Origin: a virus
Length of the DNA: 64,000 nucleotides
Strand: one strand, 5' to 3'
IMG/VR virus record: IMGVR_UViG_3300025030_000039
Location: 124,878 to 188,877 of that record
Below, piece by piece: positions 27,372-36,865 of the stretch. The first letter of the stretch is position 1. The number at the start of each line of letters is the position of its first letter. The translations under genes and the position numbers were made by a program. The notes beneath the pieces are model-generated. The model did not search any database, had not been told where the DNA came from, and worked only from the letters and a program-made list of their open reading frames with translations.

Positions 27372-29783
27372 TTAAAAGTTAAATCTTACGGTTGTAAGTT
27401 CAATAAGTGCTCCCCATCTTATTTGTGTATCAGGAACACCTTGAACTTCTATTTTAATTTTATCATTTACATTATCTGCACTAATAAATGCATTCCATAA
27501 TAATGTATCAGTATCTCTTGCTATAGATATTTCAGTAACTTCAGTTCCCACTAATGAAGTAGTATTAGCAACATTCTTCATTGCACCTACAAATTCTTTT
27601 ACCCAAGAATCTCCAACTACTCCTGTAATACTATCTCCTCCAACTCTTATTCCAGTTATTTTTATTCTAAATGAAACAACACTATCTTCAGGAACATATA
27701 CTTCCTCAGTATTTCCATCTGGTCTAATTTCTACAATATCTCCATTTGAAGTGTATGCTATTCCACTTAACATTTCAACTTGAAAATCTCCAGGTGTTCC
27801 AAAATTAGCTTCATTTAAAATTATTTTATCAGTATCAAATTCACCTCTTAAATGAAGTTTATTTTTAATCATAGTTTCTTCAAATACAAATGTACTATTT
27901 GTATCTAACATTCCTGATCCATTTGAAAATATAACTTCCCCAACATTACCTGGTACTTCTATCATTTCACAAGGTTCCCATACTCCTTGAGATGTATATT
28001 GTAATACTTGTCCAACAGAAGCTCCTCCTGTTGGTATTTCTATTCCATCTATATCTTCTATACTTAAATATAAAGTATCACCTAAAGCTATTTGATGTCC
28101 ATTTAAATTTATCCAATCAAATTCTAAATTAGAATTTAATATTGTTCCAATACTTAATTGATTAGATATATTTTCTACTATTGTAATATCATCTATTTTA
28201 ATTGCAACTCCATTTGTATTAACACTTATAGATTTAGCTAAATTTAAACCTCCTACTATATCAGGCTGTACTCCTACTGTATGTGTTACATCTATACTAC
28301 CATTAAATAATGTTGTATAATTACCAACACTTATTCCGTTAGTACCTAATATTTCATGAGAAAATGGAACTTTTATAACTTCTAATTCATCACCTAATCC
28401 TCCATTATTTTTAATAGTAATATTATCAGCTTTCGCTGTAATAGTTGTATCAGCACTTTCACCAGTACCATTAGCTATTAAAATTCCATTACCTCCAGTA
28501 ATTGATTGTATATAATCTCCTGTTGTATTGGTACCTAAAGTTATAGATAATGAACTAGCAGATACATTTAATTGATAATTACTTGATGTCCAATCTATAG
28601 TAACTGAACCTGTTAAATCTCCAATTAATTCTAAGTCAAATGAATCGACAATAAAATTTAATTTTCCATTCATATCTGTATATGAAACAGATATACCAGT
28701 TTGAGTACTTAATCCTTGAACCATTTCACCTACAAAATCTTCAACTACTTCTTGACTTACTATAGCAGTTGTTAAAGAAACCCAACCTGAAGACATTCTA
28801 CCTTCAAAATCAGTTCCTGACCATCTAATAGAACCTATAGTATTATTATGAGCTGATCCTAATTTAATTGCACCATTAACAGTTAATAATTCTGAAAGTG
28901 TAGTTGTTCCAATACCTATTTTATTAGAATCTTGATATATTATAGAATCATTTAATGAACTTGAATCATTCCATTTTGAAATGTATTTAGCAGTTCCAGA
29001 TCCATATATCATTGATTGTGTAGTATTCCAAATTCCTATATTAGCTTCTCTTTTATCAATATAACCACTAGGATCTGTTATTAATATAAAATTTGTATTT
29101 AATGTGTTATTTAATGTTTCTATTACTAAATCTCCATTTATATGAAGTTTAGCACTAGGCGAGTTTGTTCCTATACCAACATTTTTAGAAAGATCTGCTG
29201 CATATAAATCGGTAGTATTTTCTTCCCAGTAACCTCCGACTAATGGACTTAAATCGACTATTTCATTTCCTAATGATAATTCAAATGATGATATACTTAA
29301 TGTTGGATTTAACAAGGTACTAAATTTAATTAAATTTTTAGAAACATCATGTTCTATTTGTATACCACTACCTTTAGCTATTTCAAATATATCTTCTCCA
29401 ATTGCATTTATAATTGTATTTGATGTTGTACTAAATGTTCCTATAGAAGTACTATTAACTAAAATTTTGTCAAATGCATTTGATATTAAACCAGAAGTAC
29501 TTATAGTTGCTCCTGTTCCAAATATTTCCCATTCATTATCAATAAATATTCCTTTTGTTGTAAATGTTTTTGCAATGAACCAAAATACACCAGTGGTACC
29601 ACCAGTAATAAAACCATTAGTATCTATTGCCTCTGTTTCATTATAAACTATTTCTCCCTTTCTATATGTTCTATTTGGTGACCAGGGATTAGCAACAAAC
29701 TTAAAATTATCATCAACTTCTTTATTTAAAAGTTCTCTATTAAGTTCAGTTCTAAATTTTATTTGTTCTGTAAAATTTATCAT
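27372..29783 (-). CDS. large fibre/receptor-binding-like protein (803 aa)
   Basis: Ser/Thr/Gly/Asn-rich beta-type composition; position in the fibre cassette. Confidence 0.45.
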   Translation of the reverse strand: MINFTEQIKFRTELNRELLNKEVDDNFKFVANPWSPNRTYRKGEIVYNETEAIDTNGFITGGTTGVFWFIAKTFTTKGIFIDNEWEIFGTGATISTSGLISNAFDKILVNSTSIGTFSTTSNTIINAIGEDIFEIAKGSGIQIEHDVSKNLIKFSTLLNPTLSISSFELSLGNEIVDLSPLVGGYWEENTTDLYAADLSKNVGIGTNSPSAKLHINGDLVIETLNNTLNTNFILITDPSGYIDKREANIGIWNTTQSMIYGSGTAKYISKWNDSSSLNDSIIYQDSNKIGIGTTTLSELLTVNGAIKLGSAHNNTIGSIRWSGTDFEGRMSSGWVSLTTAIVSQEVVEDFVGEMVQGLSTQTGISVSYTDMNGKLNFIVDSFDLELIGDLTGSVTIDWTSSNYQLNVSASSLSITLGTNTTGDYIQSITGGNGILIANGTGESADTTITAKADNITIKNNGGLGDELEVIKVPFSHEILGTNGISVGNYTTLFNGSIDVTHTVGVQPDIVGGLNLAKSISVNTNGVAIKIDDITIVENISNQLSIGTILNSNLEFDWINLNGHQIALGDTLYLSIEDIDGIEIPTGGASVGQVLQYTSQGVWEPCEMIEVPGNVGEVIFSNGSGMLDTNSTFVFEETMIKNKLHLRGEFDTDKIILNEANFGTPGDFQVEMLSGIAYTSNGDIVEIRPDGNTEEVYVPEDSVVSFRIKITGIRVGGDSITGVVGDSWVKEFVGAMKNVANTTSLVGTEVTEISIARDTDTLLWNAFISADNVNDKIKIEVQGVPDTQIRWGALIELTTVRFNF

Positions 29784-29789
29784 ATATCA

Positions 29790-30332
29790 TTATAATTTTA
29801 TGGTAAAGGTTTTGTCAGTGTTATAAAATGTATTTCTTAATTCTGCTAATCGTCCTGTTCCCTCACTCCATCCATTTTCTGCGTAACAAGGTGAGTATAC
29901 TCCTGTCGTAAAAATACCTCTTATTTCTGTTTGATAAGTACAATATTGACTTAATAGATCTGTTAATGTATTTTTTAATCTATTTTTTAAAGACTCTCTT
30001 AATAAATTTCTTTCATTATCATAGTCTTTACCTTCTCTAATTTGAGTATTCACACAAGTATTTGTAATCATAAAATTGATTCTAAAATTGTGTAAATTAC
30101 TTTCTGTCGTGAATGAAGATATACCTATAAAATTTCCAATTTTGCATGATTGAAAAATTTTATATTTTGTATTAAAATACGTTTCTAAGTCTTCGAATGT
30201 ATTATAAATGGTAAATGCATATCTTTTACCATTAAATTCTCCAATTTTTATTTTAGTAGGCTCAATCTTAAATTTTCTTAATACTTTAAAGAATTCAACT
30301 GCTAATTTAAATGTTATAGATTCTATTAACAA
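29790..30332 (-). CDS. hypothetical protein (180 aa), possibly fibre-associated
   Basis: Sits 6 nt after the 803-aa gene. Confidence 0.35.
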   Translation of the reverse strand: MLIESITFKLAVEFFKVLRKFKIEPTKIKIGEFNGKRYAFTIYNTFEDLETYFNTKYKIFQSCKIGNFIGISSFTTESNLHNFRINFMITNTCVNTQIREGKDYDNERNLLRESLKNRLKNTLTDLLSQYCTYQTEIRGIFTTGVYSPCYAENGWSEGTGRLAELRNTFYNTDKTFTIKL

Positions 30333-30442
30333 AACTTATACTTATTTTGTTATATATCCATATTACGGAATTAGTTTAAATGATTTTAATTTCCGATTTA
30401 GACCGCCTTAATTTACTTAAATACCATTTCAACGGCCCTTAA

Positions 30443-30468
30443 CTGTAAATTTTATATTGGATTTACAG
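30443..30468. repeat. inverted repeat CTGTAAAT-10 nt-ATTTACAG in a 174-nt non-coding gap
   Basis: Seen directly in the sequence. Confidence 0.4.
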
Positions 30469-30506
30469 TGTAAAGTTTCGATTTCAACTGATTATTTTTA
30501 AAATAT

Positions 30507-30701
30507 TTACTTAATAGTTTTTTTAAATTTTTCTAGTAATATAATACTTTTTTCATCAGAACTCTTTTTAAAGCTTTGTAATACTTCATGAGACATATTA
30601 TCTTCAACATGAAATTTTTTAGATGTAATTGTTTTTTTTAATTCAATAAAACCAACTTCTTCGTAAAGTCTTATTATTTTATAGATAGTTAAATAATCCA
30701 T
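30507..30701 (-). CDS. hypothetical small protein (64 aa)
   Basis: ORF. Confidence 0.3.
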   Translation of the reverse strand: MDYLTIYKIIRLYEEVGFIELKKTITSKKFHVEDNMSHEVLQSFKKSSDEKSIILLEKFKKTIK

Positions 30702-30720
30702 AGATTTATTCGGTTAATTA

Positions 30721-30790
30721 TTTTAATAGCTGTCACATAATAATATGGTATAATATATATTGAGGTTGCTATTAACAAGATTCACGGATT
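30721..30790. repeat. ~70-bp intergenic element, copy 1 (second copy at 51737-51803); contains TGGTATAATATA. A GCTGTCA/TGACAGC inverted pair (30729-30735 and 30842-30848) flanks the region, and TCACGGAT is directly repeated at 30782 and 30803
   Basis: Blocks shared with copy 2: TTTTAATAGCT, AATAATATGGTA(T/C)AATATA and CAAGATTCAC. Confidence 0.5.
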
Positions 30791-30873
30791 ATTAATCTCG
30801 GATCACGGATATAATATCCTAAATAAATATTTTTATTAGCCTGACAGCAAACAAAAATTTTTTAATTGTACAA

Positions 30874-31389
30874 TTAAAAGGTTGAATATTTATCATTTAA
30901 ATACTTTCTAAGATTTTTTCGCCAAGAATGATCCCATAAAAATTGTTTAGGAATTTTACAACTAAATTCTTTGGATTTACCTTTATCTAAATGCTTAGTA
31001 GATAAAATTATATGACTTTTAGTTGTACCTATATTTATATGTTCAGGATCATATATACTCATATCATATTGTTCAATATCATATTGAGATATTATTTTAG
31101 ACATTTTTTGAGATAATACAATTAATTTTCTATGATTATCTAATATATTTAATATTTCATCTTTCTTTAGATCTTTAAACAAAATTGTTCTAATTTTAAA
31201 GGTAACATTTTTTATGTTATCTTTCCAAACACTTAATCTATTATGTTTATCGTCTTTAAAGAAAAAATGAGTTTCTGTTTCTGCTATTACTATGAAATTT
31301 TGTGTATGAGAAGTTTTAAATGTTGTTGCTTCTCCTGCTTTAGATATTTCAGTATTTTTTTCTACTGTTATGATTTTTTGATTATCCAT
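30874..31389 (-). CDS. hypothetical protein (171 aa)
   Basis: ORF. Confidence 0.4.
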   Translation of the reverse strand: MDNQKIITVEKNTEISKAGEATTFKTSHTQNFIVIAETETHFFFKDDKHNRLSVWKDNIKNVTFKIRTILFKDLKKDEILNILDNHRKLIVLSQKMSKIISQYDIEQYDMSIYDPEHINIGTTKSHIILSTKHLDKGKSKEFSCKIPKQFLWDHSWRKNLRKYLNDKYSTF

Positions 31390-31394
31390 GTATT

Positions 31395-31685
31395 TTAAAC
31401 ACCTAAAAATGTTAATGCTTTATAAGGACTCATTCCATTTTCCCAGCATTCATGAAAATGAGTTAAATTTGAATTAATTTCTTCGTCTGTATATAAAAAT
31501 TCAATGTCTACATCAGATTTGAAATCTCTTCGTTCAAAAATGGCTTTCATATATTCATTAAATGATGTTACATTAATTGTAAAATCAGTAATTTTAAATC
31601 CATGTTCTAACATGATATCACATAATTGATTATATGTTTTATCTTTATTATCCGTTTTTATAATTATTCTTAATTTATTTGTCAT
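31395..31685 (-). CDS. hypothetical protein (96 aa)
   Basis: ORF. Confidence 0.4.
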   Translation of the reverse strand: MTNKLRIIIKTDNKDKTYNQLCDIMLEHGFKITDFTINVTSFNEYMKAIFERRDFKSDVDIEFLYTDEEINSNLTHFHECWENGMSPYKALTFLGV

Positions 31686-31922
31686 TTAATTTAATTTAAA
31701 AAAGATTGGGATTATTTAAATCCCAATGCTTTCATACGTCTTATAAGTTCTTCTGAAATTTTTTGTATTATATTATCCTTTGTTTTTTGTCTTTTTTGTA
31801 CGAGAGAATCTATTTGTACTTGAGAATTTATTTCTAGATCTTTATATATTGTTACTGGATCTTTAAAAACTCCTTCAATTGATGTATATGGTTCATATTG
31901 TGGTAATCTATGTGAACCATAA

Positions 31923-31944
31923 GTACCAAAATTAGAAGGGGCCC
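31923..31944 (-). terminator. GC-rich hairpin GAAGGGGC-CCGAAA-GCCCCTTC just 3' of the AAA ATPase gene; candidate terminator or structured RNA
   Basis: The only strongly GC-rich perfect stem-loop in the window; a weak T-run follows on the minus strand. Confidence 0.4.
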
Positions 31945-31974
31945 GAAAGCCCCTTCCAATAGATTCTCTCTTAA

Positions 31975-33453
31975 TTACAAATTTTTGACCTTATGTAAAA
32001 TTTCTTCAACTTTTTCTGGTCCAAATAATGTTATAAAGGTTTCTCCAGTTATTTCAGCTTTAGATTTCTCTTTTTTGCCTTCAGTTAAAGCAATATGTTG
32101 CTTAAATGATTCTGCTGCTACTTCAATATCCTCAGGGGTAAGTTTTGAACTTTTTCCTCCTTCACGATACATAGCATACATTTTAGCTTTGTTAATTACT
32201 TCTGTTGCAAAAGCTGGAACAATACCTGATAATGATTTTGCAGCTATTGAATAATCTTTATCTTGATAGATGATTGATTTACCTTCAGCATTTCTTGCGA
32301 ATTTTTTAATAAATTCTAAAGCTGTATCTTCATCAAGTGCACCCATTAAAATTAAACTGTCGATACGACCGGCACGTAAAAATGCTTTATTGATATTCTC
32401 AAGATGATTTGTTGTAAGAATAGTAATGATTGGTTTATCTTTAGTATCCATTCCATCAAGTGTATTAAGAATGTCATTGATAGCTGCTGTTCTTGTTCCT
32501 TCTGTTGCTTTATCGATATCTTCGGCAAATATTACAGCAGGAGCGTACATTTCAGCAAGTCTTAATGCATTTTTTAATTGAGAGCATTGTTCTAAATAAA
32601 TAAAAGTCCAATTATTTTCAACTGCAATTTTTGATGTTCCTCTTGCTAAGAAAGTTTTTCCGGTACCATAAGGTCCTGCAAGAAGACAACCATGTTTTAA
32701 TGGAATTTTATTTTTGATACATTCGTCAGTTCTTTGAATTCTCAATAATACAGATGAAAAATCTTTTCTTGCTGTTTTAGTTAAAAGAATATCTTCCCAT
32801 TTAACTTTAGATACATCAATAAAATTTGGATTTGGTGGAAAAACATTTGTATTCTCCATAAAACTTAAATCAACTTTAAAAGCTTTTCCTTTATAGATAC
32901 TTTCTTCAGCTAAAATTCTTTGAGTTTCGTCAGCAATTTTTTGAGTAACTTCTTCGAATTTTCTTTTAATTTTTCCGGAAATTTTAAATTCCATTGTTGC
33001 ATTATTGTATTTAGTTTCAAGATATGAATCGCTATCCATACCAGGAAATTGCATACGTCCCCAAGGAACTTTAATATGTGAACCATCAGGAAGTTTAATG
33101 TCAATCATTTCAGGTGGTTCAGCTCCTGAAGGACCATTAACTGAAGTTAAATCGGCAAATCCAAATAAGTTAGTAATTGCTTTGTACATAGCATACGCTC
33201 CATCAAATGGATATGCTTTCATAGAAGCATTAAAATTAACTTGCTGTTCTTCTGATTCTTCTTTTCTTTTCAACCATTTACGAGCATCGTCATATCCCAT
33301 GCCTTCTGGAAGAATAATTTTAGTACCAGAGCGAACAATGTCAACGGATTTAAACTCTACTTTTTTGCTTCCGCCTTTTCCTAAAATTTCATCATAAAGT
33401 TCTTGATGAACTCCAAAAGGTTTTTCTTTTGTTTTTTCGAGTGTGTCATTCAT
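31975..33453 (-). CDS. AAA+ ATPase (single AAA module, ~250-aa N-terminal extension)
   Basis: Walker A GPYGTGKTF, Walker B AVIFAEDIDKA, second region of homology TTNHLENINKAFLRAGRID. Confidence 0.8.
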   Translation of the reverse strand: MNDTLEKTKEKPFGVHQELYDEILGKGGSKKVEFKSVDIVRSGTKIILPEGMGYDDARKWLKRKEESEEQQVNFNASMKAYPFDGAYAMYKAITNLFGFADLTSVNGPSGAEPPEMIDIKLPDGSHIKVPWGRMQFPGMDSDSYLETKYNNATMEFKISGKIKRKFEEVTQKIADETQRILAEESIYKGKAFKVDLSFMENTNVFPPNPNFIDVSKVKWEDILLTKTARKDFSSVLLRIQRTDECIKNKIPLKHGCLLAGPYGTGKTFLARGTSKIAVENNWTFIYLEQCSQLKNALRLAEMYAPAVIFAEDIDKATEGTRTAAINDILNTLDGMDTKDKPIITILTTNHLENINKAFLRAGRIDSLILMGALDEDTALEFIKKFARNAEGKSIIYQDKDYSIAAKSLSGIVPAFATEVINKAKMYAMYREGGKSSKLTPEDIEVAAESFKQHIALTEGKKEKSKAEITGETFITLFGPEKVEEILHKVKNL

Positions 33454-33464
33454 AAAAATAAAAA

Positions 33465-33743
33465 TTAAGTGTTTAATAAAATACTACATTGTGTTATAAT
33501 TTGTTTTAATTCTTGTTCTGTTCCTTCTAAACATGCTATTTTAATTGTATTATTAATAGAATTAAGTATTTCGCATTTATCGCTTTGTTTTATTCCAAAA
33601 TAATATGTACAATAATTACCTTTGTCTTTATCTATCCAAGATTTAGCTTGTGAATATGTACCAATAACATTTTTGCAATGTATTAATACATCATTTTGTA
33701 TTTTTCGTAATTCAATAGGATATCCAGCAAATGTTAAATTCAT
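33465..33743 (-). CDS. hypothetical protein (92 aa)
   Basis: ORF. Confidence 0.35.
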   Translation of the reverse strand: MNLTFAGYPIELRKIQNDVLIHCKNVIGTYSQAKSWIDKDKGNYCTYYFGIKQSDKCEILNSINNTIKIACLEGTEQELKQIITQCSILLNT

Positions 33744-33744
33744 A

Positions 33745-34935
33745 TTAAAATAAACTTACTTGGTTATACTTAGTATTTGATTTTTCTTGCTGCTTAGTAT
33801 TAGATTGTTTTGTATTTGATTCATTATTAGAACCTCCCATTAATTTAATTAATGATGGATCTTTAATAACATTTTTTAGAAAATCTTCATATGTCATTAC
33901 CTGAATTTTACTTCCTTTCTTTTTAAGAGATTCAGCTTTAACCATTTTCGTTGAACCAGAATCCATAGATGCAGTTAATAAATATGCACTATTTTCATCT
34001 AATTTATCTTGTACATATCCATAACTTTTTAAGTAATCAAACCAATCGTTTTTATGCTTTAAATGTCCAATAACGGGAGGTGTTCCAGTCATTTCAATTG
34101 CAATAAGTGATCCATCTACTTCTTGCGGATATTCTACAGTAATGAAATTATCCTTTAATAAAGATAAAAATCTCATTACACGTTGATATTGATTTGAATT
34201 TTTATCAGTTAATTGTGAAATAGCTTCTTTATTTAAATGATTAAAATCATATTCTATACCTGCAATATAATTAGCTAATTGTTCCGAAACAGAAGAACCG
34301 GTATCCTTAAACTTTAGTGATTCAATCACTTGTTTAAGGGATACCGTATCGACTGAATTGACACCATCGATTATTACTTCTAATGCTCTTCCGTTTACGA
34401 ATTTTCCACTTCTTACTAATGATATTTTATTAAATTTCTTTTTATCGAAATAATCTTCAACTGTTTTAATTCCAGCTGCATATAAATCTTTAACAGCTGA
34501 CATTCCAACATCTTTAAAACCGAATATTTTAACAGCAGCTTCTATTTTCTTCAACACTTGTGCAGGACATTCAGGATTAATACACCATAAATGTTTATCA
34601 TCTTCTGTCAATAATTCTCCGCATGATGGACAATTTGTGGGTAGGTTTGTTTTTAAAGTCGATTTAATTACAACTTTATAAATTTGAGGAATAATATCTC
34701 CAGCTTTAGCTACTAACACTTGAGCTCCAGGCCATGCTCCCATTTTATCTATTCTGTCTTTATTAAATAAAGTTGCTCTCTGAACAGTTGTACCATCTAA
34801 TTCAATAGGTTTCATTATTGCTGTAGGTACAACTTCACCAGTAGTTCCAGTATTCCATTCTATATCTATAATTGTTGTTATAGCATCTTTTGGGGGAAAC
34901 TTTATTGCAATTGCCCAGAGTGCTGTTTTTTTCAT
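33745..34935 (-). CDS. ligA: NAD-dependent DNA ligase, C-terminal piece (OB-fold, Zn finger, HhH)
   Basis: Begins MKKTALWAIAIKFPP, equivalent to the RWAVAFKFPA motif of LigA. Zn finger CPSCGELL...CINPECPAQ. Confidence 0.75.
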   Translation of the reverse strand: MKKTALWAIAIKFPPKDAITTIIDIEWNTGTTGEVVPTAIMKPIELDGTTVQRATLFNKDRIDKMGAWPGAQVLVAKAGDIIPQIYKVVIKSTLKTNLPTNCPSCGELLTEDDKHLWCINPECPAQVLKKIEAAVKIFGFKDVGMSAVKDLYAAGIKTVEDYFDKKKFNKISLVRSGKFVNGRALEVIIDGVNSVDTVSLKQVIESLKFKDTGSSVSEQLANYIAGIEYDFNHLNKEAISQLTDKNSNQYQRVMRFLSLLKDNFITVEYPQEVDGSLIAIEMTGTPPVIGHLKHKNDWFDYLKSYGYVQDKLDENSAYLLTASMDSGSTKMVKAESLKKKGSKIQVMTYEDFLKNVIKDPSLIKLMGGSNNESNTKQSNTKQQEKSNTKYNQVSLF

Positions 34936-34936
34936 A

Positions 34937-35950
34937 TTAAAATATTAAAAATTCAAAATTTAAACCTTGTTTAATACATGCATCTCTTTTTAAATAAATA
35001 ACATCAGCATGTAATTTAATACTCCAATTAGATTTAACTTCTACTATTTTATTTTCAGATTTAATATAAATATCTGGAAAATAGCGATGTTTAGAACCAT
35101 CTAATTTATAATAATAAATTCTTCCTATTTCATTTTCTATATCTATTGCTTTTATACATATATCAGATTCTATATAACCATCTTTAAATAATTTATCTAA
35201 AGCTTTATTTTCATAACCTTGAATTTTAATAATACTTCCAGATGGTAAAGTATATGATTTATATTGTAGTGTTTTATTCATTACTTTCATATATTGATCA
35301 CTATTTTGCATTGGATGGTCTGTTCCATATTTTTCTTTCCATTTTTTAAGTATTTTAATTCTTACTTCTGGAATCCACATACCATTATTTACACCATATC
35401 TATTTAATAAAGTATTTTTAATTTTATTTTGTACTTCTGGTATTTGACTTGCATTTTCAACTCCATATAGTTTTAAATATGTATTTTTAATTTTGTCTCT
35501 AATTTCCTTTGATTTCCATTGATGATCTACATTATATAATTTTAAACATGTTTTACGTGATGATTCTAAAATTTTATTTTGTACAACTTTACTTTTTCTA
35601 GGATTATCAACTCCAAATTTTTTAATACAAGTATTTCTAACTGTTTCTCTAAATTCATATGAACTACTTGAACATTTTCTTGAACAAAATTTTCTATAAT
35701 TTCTATTTTTTAAACAAAAACTATTAACTGGTTTTTTACATTCTTTACATATAGGAATATCATAAATATTATTGATTATATGCCATACTCTATGATAAAT
35801 ACTTATTCTTTTAAATTTATCATTTAAAAAATTAGTTTCATTTAAAATAGAATTATACATATTTTTATATTTATTTTGTTTAGTTACTTTATCTAAAATA
35901 TTAGAATTAAACAATTCCATTATAATTATTAAATCTTCTTGTGTTATCAT
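34937..35950 (-). mobile_element. homing-endonuclease-like ORF inserted in ligA: Zn ribbon, three ~33-aa NUMOD-like DNA-binding repeats, and a C-terminal PD-(D/E)xK-like motif
   Basis: Zn ribbon CKECKK...CSRKC. Repeats KKFGVDNPRKSKVVQNKI / YGVENASQIPEVQNKIKNT / YGVNNGMWIPEVRIKI. C-terminal motif YFPDIYIKSENKIVEVKS. The ORF stop sits 1 nt from the ligA C-piece start. Confidence 0.5.
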
Positions 35951-36008
35951 GATATATTTTTATTTTATATATCATGAAAATTTTATAGTAATTACCCATA
36001 CCAATAAT

Positions 36009-36857
36009 TTATCTAAATCCTATAGTATTTCTATACTTTTCATCTCCTTTTATTACCATTCCATCTAATTGAAATGGTGAATATTTTTCTCTATATTCTT
36101 CAAATTCATCATAAATTTTCTTAAATTCTTTAATATCGTTAAAATATTTGACATAAATAGGATATTCTTTATTAAAACCTAAATTTGTTAAAATATCTAT
36201 AGTTTTATTTTTTAGTGGAAATTCAAAACTATTACCTTTATGAATTCTTAATTCGTAAGCAACAAAAACTAAATCTTTTATAATATCTTTATTAATTTCA
36301 TCTCTAGATAATATTCCAGCTACAAAATTTCTAGCATTTTTAAATTTTTTAGCATATTTTTTATCAAATATTTTTATAGGTATAACTACTTCTCCTCTAA
36401 CTTCAATTTTTTCTTGAATTGAAATTTTGTTAGGAACTATAAAAAGCATTTTACTTTTTTGATCAAATCCATTTTCACCGTCTCCTCTTGTTAAAGCATT
36501 TTCTAAAATTCCGTATTCATATACAAGATTCATAGAATTTCCATCAAATTTAGGAGTTACTTCAAATTCATAAACTCCTTTTGATTTAATATTTAATGAC
36601 CAGTTATCAAATTCAGATATTACTTTTTGCATGTCATTACTATCATAAACACTTAATTTACCTAAAGTTCCCATTGGAGATGGATGAAGAAATTTTCCAG
36701 CTTTAACTGATCCAACAATAAAAGGAACAGTTGAACCGGCTTCTTTTAATTTTTCTTCTAAAATATCAAACTCTGCATCAGTCATTATAGGATTACCTGC
36801 ATAGTAAGTATCTTTAGCTTTTAAATATAATGTTTCTTTATCTTTTAAATTAAGCAT
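36009..36857 (-). CDS. ligA: NAD-dependent DNA ligase, N-terminal adenylation piece
   Basis: Motif I KFDG, motif III TRGDG, motif IV IEVRGEV, motif V DGMVIK; the ORF ends ...IGFR exactly where the C-piece resumes. Confidence 0.75.
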   Translation of the reverse strand: MLNLKDKETLYLKAKDTYYAGNPIMTDAEFDILEEKLKEAGSTVPFIVGSVKAGKFLHPSPMGTLGKLSVYDSNDMQKVISEFDNWSLNIKSKGVYEFEVTPKFDGNSMNLVYEYGILENALTRGDGENGFDQKSKMLFIVPNKISIQEKIEVRGEVVIPIKIFDKKYAKKFKNARNFVAGILSRDEINKDIIKDLVFVAYELRIHKGNSFEFPLKNKTIDILTNLGFNKEYPIYVKYFNDIKEFKKIYDEFEEYREKYSPFQLDGMVIKGDEKYRNTIGFR

Positions 36858-36865
36858 ATTCTAAA

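Noticed and set aside
30380-30470. Possible tRNA or small structured RNA in the 174-nt non-coding gap (relatively GC-rich: CCGATTTAGACCGCC...AACGGCCC)
   Set aside because: I could not fold a cloverleaf with acceptor, D, anticodon and T arms. Only a simple hairpin at 30443-30468 is evident.
34937-36008. Group I/II intron interpretation of the ligA interruption
   Set aside because: The inserted ORF ends 1 nt before the downstream ligA ATG and begins 58 nt after the upstream stop. This leaves no room for an intron catalytic core or 3' structures, and the two ligA pieces are in different frames. A free-standing homing-endonuclease-type insertion fits better. Only transcript data can exclude splicing.
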